NCBI GenBank assembly: GCA_050084985.1
Contig: JBITNC010000001.1
Coordinates: 157,914,001-157,978,000, forward strand
Source of the DNA: Nageia nagi
Lineage: Eukaryota; Plantae; Pinophyta
Direction of reading: 5' to 3'
DNA: 64,000 nucleotides
Shown here: positions 25,040 through 38,979 of the stretch, one piece after another
Layout: each line of letters starts with the position of its first letter
Position numbering within the stretch: the first letter of the stretch is position 1
Notes under the pieces: model-generated
Databases searched by the model: none
What the model saw: the letters and a program-made list of their open reading frames with translations, nothing else
What the model was told of the DNA's origin: nothing
Translations under genes and position numbers: made by a program

Positions 25040-26300
25040 TCCTCCTTATATAGAGGTAGCTTCAGCTTCTTATCATGCATTGGGATTAATGTAATTTCAT
25101 CCAATGGTATCCAAGGGTGATCTATGTGCTCTTCAAAATACCATATCTCCTTCATTTATTGATGAAACCTAATTGTGTAACCTATCAAAATGATTAGCAT
25201 GAGGTACTCTTTCCATTATAGGTGATGAAACATCAATTTTCAATTCATAGAATATGAAATATCCTTAAAAATAAAACATGAGTGGAATCATACAAATTGG
25301 GGACATTACATACTTTACTATTAAGTTCATATTCATTTCCCTTCTCTATCTCTATTTTTTCAATTACCATTTTTTTTCTTCCTTCAATTATTTTTCATTC
25401 TTTATGATTTATTCCTCTTGTTTTTCATCCACCATACTAGTCTTTGTTTCTCTCTTTGATTCTATTATATTTTCTTCTTCTTCATCTTTATATATGCTTC
25501 CACTTTCCTCATTCATTTTATTTTCTTTGTGTGTTATTTGATAGTCTAGTTTACATGTAACTTCTTCAATGTATTCCTGGAATTTTGTTATTACTTCGTT
25601 ATCTATTATATCATTAAATAGTTTAAATCTATTTTGATTCTAATTTTTTATTATCTTAGAATTTTGTCCCTACTCCAATTTTTTATTTAGTACTTATATT
25701 TGCTTCTATATTTGTTCCACCATAGGTTTCTTACCTTCCAAGTAATAATTTTTTGGATAGTTCTTAGATAAGTAACTAGATTGGTTATATACATAATATT
25801 CATGTCTCATATTCTCATAAAAGATTTCTTGAATCCATTCTCTATCCTTACTTTGATAGTTATTTCATTTGGTAGTTTTTATTATATATCCATATAATTC
25901 ATATAAAATCTTGTAGTGATAATCATTGTTTTCTTCTTTATTGTTAGATCTATGACTATAAGATTTCCCAAGGTGCTTGCCACTCCATCTATTACCTTTA
26001 ATTTTAGTAAAATAACCCAAATGGGAGCCATATTTATATTACTTTTTTTCTAATATAAAACCCCTTAAAATGCATTTTTTTCCAAACAACTATAGACCAT
26101 TTTCCAAGGCTCCATTCATATATTATTTTAATAGAAAGTTGAAAAGAATAGAGTCACCTACAATTGCTATAATATCTGCATTTCTTCTAACAAACTATTT
26201 CATTCTAACCAAATTTATAATGAGGACTATTTTGGGTTTTAATCCAAAAAATTTACCAACTAAAATATAATTCCTTTCATTATCAATATATCTTTGATAG
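25040..26300 (-). mobile_element. Highly degenerate Gypsy gag/protease remnant
   Basis: Minus strand ITLGYHWMK is protease-like; the upstream sequence is A-rich and coding-like. Confidence 0.3.
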
Positions 26301-27875
26301 TTATTTTGGGATAATTATTTTGAACCTCATTTGGGATTAATACATCATAAGTTTTTTCCTTTAAGATGCCTACTATGTTTTTTTTGGGGAGGGTTAGAGG
26401 GGGGAGAAGGGGGTCCAAACTAAATCTAGTCTAGATCCCATACAAATATATATCATGAGGTTCTCACCTCTAAGAAAGAAGAATCTATGAAAGTGATAAA
26501 AAATAAAAGATAACTTATTTGTTATATTGACACTCATTTCTTTTATCCTGTAGTACTCCCTACTTCTTTTCCAACTTTGATTTTAGGTAGGCCATGTGCA
26601 TAAATATATGCTTACACATGTGTAGACATTTTATCACCAATGCTTGAGTGTCTCTTGCATTCTCCCTCTAGTTTTGTTTGAAGATAGTCATTCTACAAAT
26701 CCCTCGCTGTTAAGATTTAAAATTTGAACCCCTTATCAATGCTTGATTTGCACCACCCAATGAAATATGATAACTAGATAATAAAATTAGAAAGAACAAA
26801 AATCATATTTCTCATATCTATATTCATCTTTATAATGTTTCTTAAGAATAATTTGATCAAATTCGTTCTAAAAATTGGACAAGATGATAGTTTTCATATC
26901 CCACTAATTCTACCCAAAACTAAAACCATTTACTCATTTACTTAATAATTATAGATAATTATCAAGGTAAAGGCTTTCCATGTTCGGGTACTAAGTCAAT
27001 ATAGATGACACCCAAGTGGGTCAAAATGATTAGTTCTCACATTTTATTTTAAAGTATACTCTCTAATATTTAGTAGAGAGACATTAATGTGATTGTGCCA
27101 TTTCCTAAACACCTCCCATGTTTAAGTCATCTCAACCATAATGATTATTGAGTTGCTTCTTAGGGACCATAACACCTAAAAAAGGGTACACACATACATT
27201 GATTCTATATGCATCTTCCCATGTAGGTAAATTAAATATTCAATGCCTTAGTGGATTAATCCCATATCAACTCGTTATGATAAAATATTTAATATCAATA
27301 TCACTCACCTACTATTGATTAGATCTTCCTATATAATGGGAGATTTCTCAAACTGTTGTAGAAATAACATGGGGTTTTGATAAGGTTCTTAAAGCACTAT
27401 TAAACATAGATTTTGGTCCTTATTCATACTAAATTGTACCTTCAAATTAAAAATACAAAACTTATGAGTTCTTGATTTTCAAATAATATAATATAAACTT
27501 ATTTTTTTTTAAATCTTTATTTATTTCTACAACTAAAGAGAAAATATATTGAACATTCAAATAAATGGAAAGAGAAGCACCTATGAATGCAATACTCAAA
27601 AGTCTTTTTTTGCTCCTTCCAAGCTCCAACAACACCATAACCTAGAGAAGAATTGTTTAAATGGAATGAAACATAGAAATAAAAGAGGAGTTACAAATTA
27701 GTCCATGAAGGTTGCACAAATTTACAATTGTATTTTCTTATTTGTAAAGTTAACACCTTTTTATTTTTAAAATTTCTTATTTTAAAAATATCAATAAATT
27801 TGTAAATCAAATAATTTTATATGCCATTATTAAAATACTTAATCCATATTTATTTATTTATTCTATGGAATCAAG

Positions 27876-30800
27876 TTTATTTATTTTTTATTATATTAAA
27901 AGATGAATTTTTGAAGGAATCTTAACCCTTACATTTATATATCAAGAAATAGGAGTGAAAATCAAAACAAAATGTGACACAAACTAGCCCTTGGACATAG
28001 ACTAGAATAAAATAACCCAACATTAACCCTTGTAAAGATTAAGGTATGCAAGCCTAGAAACAAAACCACCTAAAAACTACTTTTTATTTCAGCTACCAAG
28101 TCCCCAATAATCTTTCCCAATGCATTAACCAACCAAGTTGTTACAGTCACGATGACCTCTACCTTTTCTAGGTGTGAATCCTCCATAGATGCCTTGTAGT
28201 GAGATGAGTATTCATTCCCTTATTCAACTTAATTCATATTCTCTACCTCTCCTATGTGAATTCCCTTAGGAATGAAGTTTTTTTCAAAAGTGTCCTCTTC
28301 CCCTTCACCCTCTGTAGACTTTGTATCCTCACTAGCTACCTCCTCATGCTCCTCTAACAAATATCTAATATACATAGTGACTTTGGCCCTCATTTTTGGA
28401 TTTTGGTGCTAAACAAACTTGGGATTCCACTCCACATATTTCAACTTGATATTCTTCATGGAAATTTGCACAATTTTCTTAGGGCTATCTTTTTTCTTCT
28501 TGGTTTCCATCATGACTTCCATGGTCTTCTTTAATGGGTTTTGAAAATTAAACTTGACTTTGATGCCCATCTGCTATATTTTAAACTTAAAGATTATATT
28601 CATAATCCCTTATTAGAGAGGCTTATCTCCCCTCCTCTTTGATGCATCCTTGATCACCTTATCCATTTCTATAAATAGAAACATTTAAATATTCAACTTG
28701 AGCCCCCAAATATGGTTTTAAAAATCAAAATGGAAAATGTGTACCAAACTATCAAAGGTGTCCATGGTAAAATATTACATTATGACCAGGGTGACATTCC
28801 CAAAGGTTTTGGTAGAGTGGATCTAGTGGTCCCCTTATTATCCCTTAGAAGGTCAAATTCCCATTTATAGAACTTCAAGAGCTCTGACTTAAGACTATGG
28901 TTATTGTACCTCATAGTTTTCCCCTCCATTGGAATGCTCATTACTTTGGCCAACAACTTTTGATTAAATTTGAAGGATATTATGAAAACATTGACTTCTC
29001 CCCCTTTTCAACTCCCCATAAATTTCCTTGAGAGCTCCATGTCATGGCCATATCCTATAAGTAATATGAGAATCTATACTCGCATGTTGAAAAGGTACCA
29101 TCAAAAGTAGCATTCCCAAAGGCTAAGAACCATGTGCCCCTCTCCCCTCAAAATATCACATCCAACCATTCACAAAGGAGTGAATATCCCATCATCACCA
29201 TTTCATGAGAATGATCTATCACATAAAAGGAGATCCTTAAGATCCAAATATCGATCATGATTATTTATTGTATCATCAAACCACCACCCTTCAACTTAGG
29301 ATCTATAATCCTCTTTCTCATGTCTATATATCACCCCTTCACCTCATCCAATGATTCCAAGAATAAGGTGGTCCCTATCACCACATAATCCACCACCATA
29401 TCACTACTTTGCCTTTTAAACATACAAGATTCCTAGTAATGCCAAATAAGTTACCATTGCTACCTAGAGAATTTCATGGGGTTTTCCATACAAATTTAAC
29501 AAAACTCCCTTTCTAATTCTTATAATTGGCCTACTTATTATTTCCATGATATTTTCTTTCTTAGAATGAATAAGGTTAAAAATATCTCTACTCCAAACTT
29601 TTAGATTTACCTTAATAAAATGGAGCATTTTTTATACTCCCTAAGAATGATTTGGTCCACCAAACTTGAATATTATCTTCCAAAATTCATGAGTAAGCCA
29701 CATTATCTCAAAACATAATGGGACATTGAAAATTCTTCCTCCCTCTAAAACCTCCCAAAAAAGTAGATTATGATGAGAACTAGTCTTTGGATTGGTAGTA
29801 AGAGTTGAGTCTCCAAATTTAGATAAATAATCTTGATAAATCAACAATCTATCAAGTTGAATATGAATATTTTGATCTCCAAATATTTTATTACTATAGG
29901 TAAATATTCCCATACTTAAATCCATATCCATAAGGTTTTTAGAATTTAGAAAGGCCTCAAAACCTTTCATACTCTCAAAGAATCCTTGTACTCCTCTAAT
30001 TTTTTTTTATGGATAGAGAGGGGTATTAAAGTCACTAGATAAAACCCAAGGGATCCCTTTAAATTATTTCTTAAACTATTTAAGAAAATTTCATAAATTG
30101 TTTCTACCCCCATAAGTTGTTGGAGCATAGATATTAGTAAGGATCCATTGTTTTTTATTAACCACATAAGTGAAGAAAATTGCACATAAATTTGAATTAG
30201 ACACAATGAATCTACCTTCTAATTTATTCCTATACCATAGAAATAACATACATCTATATTTCCTAATGGTTGGAAAGGTTGCACTATTCTCTTTCCCCAT
30301 ATGATGTTTTAGACTTGATCCACATTACCTTTAGTTACCTTAGTTTCTTTGAGCATTATAACATCATATCTGATATCATTCTTTAGACGTAACATTCTTC
30401 TATGCCTTTTTGGGATGTTAATACCCCTAACAATACAAGAAATAATTTTCATCATTTAAGCTTGATATGATTTTTCCCTCCACCTCCTACTAGAATTGTC
30501 TGGGTTCCTCTAGCAATATCAGCTTTTATTTCTCTAGCTCTAACCACTCCTCCAAAAGGTCTTCATGGGTTCTCCTTACTTGCATCACTTTGCCCCTTTT
30601 TCTTTTGGTTACAATTTTTTCTAGTTTTTATCATCACTTTGTATTACAAGGAATATGAATCTTCCTCCTCAACATAAAATTTACCTACTAGAGCTAGATA
30701 AGGAATCACACCTATCATTTGGTTAGCCAATTCTAAAATCTCCATGCCTTCCTGGTAAGTTAGGGTATCCACGATTTTAGGATCCTCATGAGTTTGAGAA

Positions 30801-32280
30801 ATAATTATATATTCTTTATTGGATTTATTTCTTACTAATTCTTTTGATTTATCTTTAATATCCAAACTTAATTCCTCATTATTAATCTCACCACCTTTCT
30901 CCTTCTTTTCAGTGACCTCCTCCATATGTATTAGTTCACTAGGTATCTCTTGGATTGTCTCCTTTGCTACATATTCTTCAATATATAGTATTGCAAAGGC
31001 ATTATGCATAGAGATAATTTCAATATTCATTGCATTCCTTTACCCATCTTATGGAGCTTTTCCTTTGGATACCTCTTCTACAATCTTCTCTAAGGGTTCA
31101 ATGCTAAACTCCCAGGAGCCATTTCTTTCTTCTTCCACACCTACTTCTTTTATTTATCTTGTTTCTTGATAAGGAATTAGGAATATATATGTTTGTTTTA
31201 CTTTCATAACTCACATTTTATTGGAGGGTTTTCATATTGTAAAGGTTTAACCCATTCACCTATTCAAACACTAGCATGATAGAATATGGTAACTATATTG
31301 CAATATACATATTAACATATAATCAAAAAAATACCATCCAAGTCTTAGTTCAAGTTAATCTATCAATAGTGATTATATCACCTAGCCAGTTCTTGATACC
31401 AACCATGACTTGATCATGCTATATTTTAAAGGGAATTCCTAGTAATCTTACCAAAATTGTAATAGAGGTGATATTTTAAGTTTTTGGATTAAAATCAGTA
31501 TCCCATCAATGTAATAACATTGATATCTATTTAAAAATTCTTGGTTCTTCATACATTATTTTCTACAGATCCTCCTTTGAACTAAACTTGATCATAAATA
31601 AGCCATTTAGGATACATACTAAGTCAAATCTTCATATAGTTTTCCATATTCAAAACACCCATTCCTGGACTATATCAATGTCTAGGTGAGGCCCCAAGAA
31701 TTTACGCACAAGATTGAGTGCTCCTTTATCAATTATAATTTTGATAATCTATGATGGGATCATCATCTTACCCTCTTTGTATTGAAGATGATTGGTTATT
31801 TCTTGAGGTTAAAGGATATAACCTCATGCAACTTGTGCATATGATTATCTCTTAATCTCTTTTAAATTTTTTGGGCCATTAATATATAGTGTTTTTTATG
31901 GAGGATCATTCCATATTCTCTCATCCAAAGGCCCATCCTTGTCCTTAACTTGGCCTTGTTCAGTCTTCAATGATCCTCCTTTCATCCCTAATCCATCTAA
32001 AATTTTGTCCCTATCAAGACCACTGCACAAACCTTGATCACTAACTCCCCTTACTCTCTTGATCTCTTGCTCTCCATTATCTCATTTTCATGACTTAAGT
32101 TTATTTAATTTCCTTCATTGGATTAGTTTCATGTAATGCTAATATTTCATCATTTTCTTCTTTCATAGGATAGCACACAATCTCAACCAAAGCCTTCATC
32201 ACCCAAGAAGAAAAAAATATCATAATAAATAAATAAAATGGAAGAATCACAAGCCTATGGGATCCTTTACCTCCATGGTA
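27876..32280 (-). mobile_element. Degenerate L1-type LINE: ORF1, endonuclease-only ORF2, extra downstream ORF, A-rich tail
   Basis: ORF1 DUF4283-like region at about 31250-31800. ORF2 ATG at 30452 (MKIISCIVRGIN...MLKET), then ILTNIYAP, FTYSNK, QLDRLL and FEIMWLTH. No RT motifs seen. Tail ...aatataataaaaaat. Confidence 0.8.
28085..29152 (-). pseudogene. Accessory ORF resembling a putative plant transposon protein (Transposase_32-like)
   Basis: GHDMELSRKFMGS*KGGEVNVFIISFKFNQKLLAKVMSIPMEG...STLPKP, frameshift, NVTLVIM*YFTMD...HFDF*NH...LNI*MFLF, then an acidic C-terminus. The family name is by recall only. Confidence 0.5.
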
Positions 32281-33079
32281 ATATCTTAATCCATCATACA
32301 ATAAAACAATATAAAATACCTAAATAAAATATTTTTCCATTATGGGTTATTAATCCATACTAACATCATATTTGTTTCTTACCTTAAATTGATCAAATCT
32401 TTTAATAGGATATCTATTCCTATATAATGCACACTCCCATGTAATATCAAATTCTCAAAATACCACATAGTAATTTAAAAAATGAAATAGACATGTATAT
32501 CATTAATTATTCATCAAAGCATGTTCATCATATAACATACTTTTAATTAACAATAATTAAATGCAAAAAATATGCTTGGGTAAGGGTCATCACAATAGAA
32601 ATATGGAAAGATAAGCATGGTATAGGGAAATGTCTTATTATGGGGTTAATCAAGAAAAATAAGATACAACAAATCAATATAGAAGGTTAGGAAGAGAACT
32701 TAAACAATTGATAAATGATGGTAAATAATTATGTCCAACTTCTATTAAAAAGAGGAAAACCAATTAGTAAATACTAGCTTTTCTATGATCATATTAAACC
32801 AAGATGTATGTGTTCATTCCAAGAGGGAAAACATAAAATAATAATGAATTTAATAATATCAAAAGAGTATATCTTCCCAAATATCCATGATCATATGACA
32901 TGGTTGGAAAATTAAAGAATACATATGCAAAAATCTATTTGTATGTGTTGATTCAAACATCTCAACCTCATAGGAATATTTTATATTATGCATTTAAGAA
33001 AGAGCATTTAAACCAATATGAGTACATGTATATTTTAAATAGTTGTAGATTTATAAAAACAAAATGAGTTTATCAATTT

Positions 33080-33520
33080 TGAAGTAAGTGAAATTCTAAG
33101 AAAATATATTACTGATAAAGGTTTAACATTATATATCAAGGCAAATGTATTTAGTTTATAAGTGAAGAGAGCTCTAGTGGATACTAATTTGTGATTGATT
33201 AATATTTATTCAATAAGCTTTTTGTAATACTTCAAGAAAGAGAATTTCTCACCAATTCAAGTATAAAATATGAAAATAAAGGGATTTGATACTAAAGTGA
33301 TACAATGTGTAGTAATTATCAACTTGCCAATTGATTTGGAACCAAAGATAATATTTCTTGTCGTTACATTATGCAAGGTTCCCTTCCTTACAACTTATTT
33401 CTACAAAGGCCAAGGATCCATGTTATAGGAATAATTATCTCAACTTTTCACAAATATATCAAGTTTAAACATGAAGAAAAATTTTATATATATTAAATCT
33501 ATGAAGATCCTTTCAAGTAT
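33080..33520 (+). mobile_element. Tat/Ogre-type Gypsy protease remnant
   Basis: Degenerate motifs ..TDKG.. and PYNLFLQRPRIHVIG (compare PYNLLLGRPWIH). Confidence 0.4.
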
Positions 33521-34963
33521 TGTTATATAGTTGGAATTGAGAATCGTAGAGAACACTTTTTTCCATATAACGAAATCCATTTGTTTAAGCTTAAAGATAA
33601 AGGAAAATCAATTATCTAGATCCATTAATAAATGTATTGAAAAACTCAAAATTACATAAAATAAGACCAACATCAATCCTATAATTAATTTCATGACCAT
33701 CATCATTCTTGTTCTTAACATATTTGTAGCCCATATTAGGATCAAGAGTTTCAAGACTATCTCAAGGTGGTCTTGGGGTAGTCATAATTAATATAAAGTT
33801 AGTTTTTACAGTTATAAAGTAATAAAAGGGTAAAGGAAAGTAATCACAAATGGGAAAGAAGAGAAAGATGCCATGATAATTACTTCAAATTTTGTACATA
33901 GTTATTTGGACATGTTTTGTAGTTATACAAGTACATGTTTAGGAAAAAATGAATAAGGTCCTTTAGATTTTCTAGAAGAGTTTATTTTATAAGTTGGATG
34001 ATGATATTTGAAGGGATCTCAAACCCTATACAAAACATTTCCCCATATATGCTTGATGCTCATAATTGAGACTAAGAAACAAATTCCCTTCAAGGACCTT
34101 ATTCTCCTTTATTCTTTCTCCTTTTATCATGGGCATTATCTTTGTTCTCTTATGGAGTCTCATTCTCTCCCTTAGATTTTATTTTCATAGTATTAGGCCT
34201 CTTAAAATAGTTCCTTTACTTGGAGTGCATCTAATGTTCCTTGTCTATCCTTCCTTTTGTAGAATAAATTTAAAAATGAACAATAACATACCTTAGTGTA
34301 ATGCTAATTACATCTTACCTTTATGAAGTAGCTTAATTGCCCACTCCCATACATGATGAAATTAGGTGCTTTTCTTTCCTAATTTTCTATCTATCATTTA
34401 ATAACTAGTTTAACTCTACAAGTAACTCCATGTTCATCATAAAATCATACCCAAACACCTTAATGCTCCCTACATTCCAACTTGAAATCATTTGCATTAT
34501 AAATTCTAGGTTGAAGCCATAAAATGCTCAAGAAGTTCCCATACCCTATTTTTTGTAACCAACCTTCATGTCATTTGCTACCAAGAGCTTAAAATTCTTC
34601 AATTTGAAATCCTTGTGATATAAAGACAAGCATGTAGAGATTGGGGTGGGGTTTATGAAACCCTACTTGTTAAAATTTTTCTTCTCTATTACCTTCTTAT
34701 TTAGGTTCACCATAATCTCCTCTATAGACTATATGTTAATCAAATATAGATAAGATAACCCATGTACTCATCTATAACATGTAAAATTTTCACTATAACA
34801 AGAATGGGATTTAGGAATGGCTAATTTATGATAGTTTTACTAGGGTGGTTTTATATTTCCTCCATAACCATTAAGGAGATAGTTTAAAACCATACCTAAA
34901 AATAAACCAAAAATATTTCCACTCCTTATCCAAAAACATTTATTTTCCCTCACACACTCTCTC

Positions 34964-35275
34964 AAACTATAATGATCTTAGGATATGCACAATAATAGAT
35001 TTTCTAAAAAGACTTTAAATACATTAAAGTAGATGTAATTTATCAAGTATAAATCCCAACTCTGCAACCTTTACTAACATTCTTCTAGCATGTACCACCA
35101 TGGGATTTCTAAAATAAGGTATGGAATCTATCAAAAATAGTTGAAAATGGTTTTCATCAAATGTTATGGTTTTGAGTGTGCTGATAGACATGTATGCAAA
35201 ATGTAGAAGAACACATAAAGTAAAAAATTATTTGAAATTATATATGATGTAGTCATTGTTTCATGGATTTCCTTG
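34964..35275 (+). pseudogene. PLS-class PPR gene fragment
   Basis: With frameshifts: MILGYAQ...INPNSATFTNILLACTTMGFL..GME...VENGF..NVMVLSVLIDMYAKC...VSW. Confidence 0.85.
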
Positions 35276-35529
35276 AACATGGAGATCATGCATTCAACAT
35301 GTATTTAACTTATATAGCCAATAATGCCCTTTTAGACTCATTATTTTATAGTAAACAATCCTATGAAATTGTAGCAATTGAACCATTTATACAAAGAGAA
35401 AAAGTTTCCATTTTCTATTTGATGCAAAACCCTAATAATTAATTGGTATGAAAACCCTAATTTGTTTTTAAAAGCATATCCTAGAACCAACTAGTTTATA
35501 TAAATTTGTAGTGTTTTTTATTATTAAAT

Positions 35530-36235
35530 ATATCAAGGAGATATGATAGTAGGAAAATAATCTTTTTGCTTGAAGGGTGGCTATATTAGGTTGATTATGC
35601 AATGGATTCCATTAGGAGTGCAAGCATGACTATGGAGATCCTGGCAAAGGATGACATATTGCTTACTAGAGAAAGGAGAATGACTTACGAGCTTCTTCAA
35701 TTTTCCAAGTCCATGGAAAAGATGTACAAAATCTATGATCATGTGGTATGTGTAGTGGCAAGCATCATGAAATATGTTAACATATTGATTAATATAATAA
35801 GGGGTAATGTTCAAAGGTACATTTTTATCTACCAAGAGCCCATACCTATAAAGTACTTAGTTCAGTCCCTATACAATACTAAACAAGGTTGAATGTAATT
35901 TATCGAGCTAGTACCATTTAATGTATCTTATCCATTTACATGTTAGGATAATAACTATGAATTATAACTCTATAGAATGAACCTACTAGTAATTACAAAG
36001 GATGGAAGGTTGTAAGAATCATTTCTAACATTCCCACTTATGAAGCTATGCTTAGGAAATAATACAAAGAGGGTATATCCTTTGAAGAGGCTATTAAGAT
36101 TGCATTGAGGTTCATAAATAAGAATATATAAACCTCTATTATCTTCCTTGAAAAAGTTAAATTGGATGAGCTTTTTTTAGCATATGGAAATTATAAAGAT
36201 GTAAAGTATCATGTATACTCATCTAAATAATACAT
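35530..36235 (+). pseudogene. PAC1: 20S proteasome alpha-3 (alpha type-4) subunit pseudogene, near full length, no introns seen
   Basis: ISRRYDSRKIIFLLEGWLY*VDYAM...SMEKMYKIYDHVVCVVASIM...QRYIFIYQEPIPIKYLVQSLYNTKQG...SNYKGWK...EEAIKIAL...VKYHVYS is collinear with plant PAC1 ([25 protein letters not shown]...). Start codon mutated to ATA; many stops. Two AAACCCTAA telo-boxes upstream (about 35428 and 35452). Confidence 0.92.
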
Positions 36236-36237
36236 CA

Positions 36238-36274
36238 TGTTGAAAAAATACCTTATCAATATGTAGTATTATGG
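36238..36274 (+). pseudogene. 5' part of a PPR fragment split by the Gypsy insertion
   Basis: EKIPYQYVVLW joins across the TSD to SAMIIGFA at 51993. Confidence 0.7.
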
Positions 36275-37069
36275 TGTTGATACCTAAAATTGGTTCCTTT
36301 AAGATGATCCCACTTAGGTGCAACTTACATACATATCTTTGTCACATTTAATCATAACTTAGTCATATTTTACCTTATTATCGCAAGTTCTTAGGGTGTG
36401 TTCTTATATTTTATGTTAGGTACACCAAGATGACCTCAACCAATATTCAAGGGGTCAAATGGTGAATCAAACTTGATATAAATATAAGTATCTCTAACCT
36501 AGGTAAATCATGTCAAGATTACATCTTGATAGTCAGTACCCTACTCTTAGGTATTTCTAAATTCTACCTATTGAGATTGGAATCTTGTTACCACTTGAGA
36601 AAATATGTGTTACCTATTCCCATGATCATATGATCAATTTGATTTTTCATCATCTTTGTTATCATCGATCCTTGTTAGCAAACCTCATTCCTTAGGAATG
36701 TTCATGCCCATGCTGAGCACTTAGAGATTTGCACTCGTGTTAGTGTTTCTTCTATAGTTGGCCTTGGGGTTCACACAATAAGGTCACCACTCTTTAACAA
36801 GTTTTTTCATCATATCCTCGACCTTGGAATAGGTAAGGAGATACATGTATTTATCTTTCACTTGATTTCTTTCTCTTTAGTATGTGTAGCTTCATTTTAC
36901 ATCTTATCATCAATGTAATTTTGTTATTTTGTAATTACACTATTATATTCCCCTGATTCATATATGTTTATTTGAGTTAATTAGCTTTGGTAAATCATAT
37001 AGTAAATATTTATGTGCTTTATGTTCATTTAGAGTAAAACACTAGGTGATAGTAAAACACATATCAAGA
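36275..37069 (+). repeat. 5' LTR of Tat/Ogre-like element
   Basis: Diverged direct repeat of 50693-51987. Confidence 0.88.
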
Positions 37070-38979
37070 TATTGGCCCTCATCTTTCATAGTATGTTCTC
37101 TCTCTTAATTAGAGTTAGAATATAAAGTGCTCTCAAACATATAATTCTACCATAATATTGAACCTATTAAGGGTTTTGTTTACACACTATATTCCTAAGG
37201 AATTTTTTGTTACTAAAAATGAAAATGCATATCTTAATACTAACCTTATAGCTAAGAAAACTCCAAAGAGAAGAAAACTTGGTATACCTAAAGTGGTTCA
37301 AAGGTAAAGTGAAAGAATTCGTACCAAAAAACCATATACATAAAGAAGCTACTCATAGTACTTCAGATCAAGAGATCTTTGTAGATAGATCTAAAATTTC
37401 AACTAAGATTGTAAATTAGAGGATTAATTCAAATAATACAAGATATCAAACTCCTCTAAATCAACAACCTCCTATCACAATCGAAGAGGAGATCATTTCC
37501 TGATTGAGTGATGATGAGATTTTCAAGAAGGTTATGAGTTATAATGAGAATAAGTAGAGGTTTTTCAAGCTTCTTAGTGGGTTATAATTGAGGAAAAGGC
37601 TTATGCAATTGATATATTTGAATATGAAGAAGTGGAAAAATACTGCAAGCTATGGTATTATAACAAGTATTAGGAGAACATTCCTCCTGATGACATACTC
37701 TCATACCTTAAAAATAATAATTCAATATTATTTACAAATATGTATGCTCCCATGCCAAATATTCACCTATTTATCCTTTCAAAAGATGGCAAGGATGCCC
37801 ACATTAGTACAGGCACTAACCTTAGTGTAGGCATTGAGCCTTAGGTAGAATTAATAGCTTGAGTTCCTCTAGTGGTTCTCATGATAGAGATAGATCAAGA
37901 AAATTAACAAGAGATTGTTGATCTAATCAACAACATCAATGAAAATCTTACTCAACCTACTACATTGTAGGATTTGCTTCATTAGAAAGATTAGTTTGAT
38001 AATACACTTCTAGTTGATGATTAAAATGGTCCAACCACACAAGTTGACCAAAATAGACAAGATGAATAGGTTCCAAATTTTTATTATGATATAAATATTT
38101 TTGTTGAGGATGAATGTGAACAAGAAGATCCTACAAAGTATGAAGAAATCAATAAACTTCTAGCAGAGGTTGATACACCATGTCTAGATTGGTCATAGGA
38201 AGATAATAGGATTAGAATAAAATTTCTTCATTCAATCAATGATTAGGCTATAGCAAAAAAGAGTATCCTAAAAAATATAAAATATTACACATGGTTACTT
38301 CAAAAAATTCAAAATGATTATACAACCAAAACAAGATTATTCTAGACCAAGAATAAGCAACTAGTCCATTACATCACATAGATGAGAATAAATATCAGAA
38401 AGAAGAAGTAAATAGACTTCTTTCCCAAGCTATGCAACCAATTCTTGGATGAAATCAAGAAGAAAATTACATCAAGTGTACAAAATCCTAAATTTAAATA
38501 GGGAAAACATGATATCAATATCTCATACTGATAGAGAATGGTTTATCACATCCACATTACACAACATAATACATGATAGGGATGATAAATAAGAGCTTTT
38601 GAAGTCTTCATGCCTAGACAATAGCTAGAAACCTTTGAAGAAGGTAAACATTTCAAACAACCAATGGAACATGCAAGAGAATACATTTTAGTTATCATAC
38701 CTCCACCCTTGGAGAATGCAATGCTAATAATAATTCAAGATAGAATTGAAGGGCTATAGCAACAAGTCAATATAATAGCTAAGTGTCAAGGATTAGCTAC
38801 CCAATGAAATGAAGACAACAATCCCTTATGTATGAGAATTAAAAATATAATATTACTCTCTAGAAAAGAGTTAAAATTCATAATATTTAAAGATACTATT
38901 ATTTCTTATCTTCATGTATGTATTTGTTTTTATGAGTATCTTTAGCCACTTTGGATGAGGAATTGCATGCCAAGTTGTT

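Noticed and set aside
26700-26775. SINE head on the minus strand
   Set aside because: Only a B-box-like ggttcaaat is recognisable, which is insufficient.
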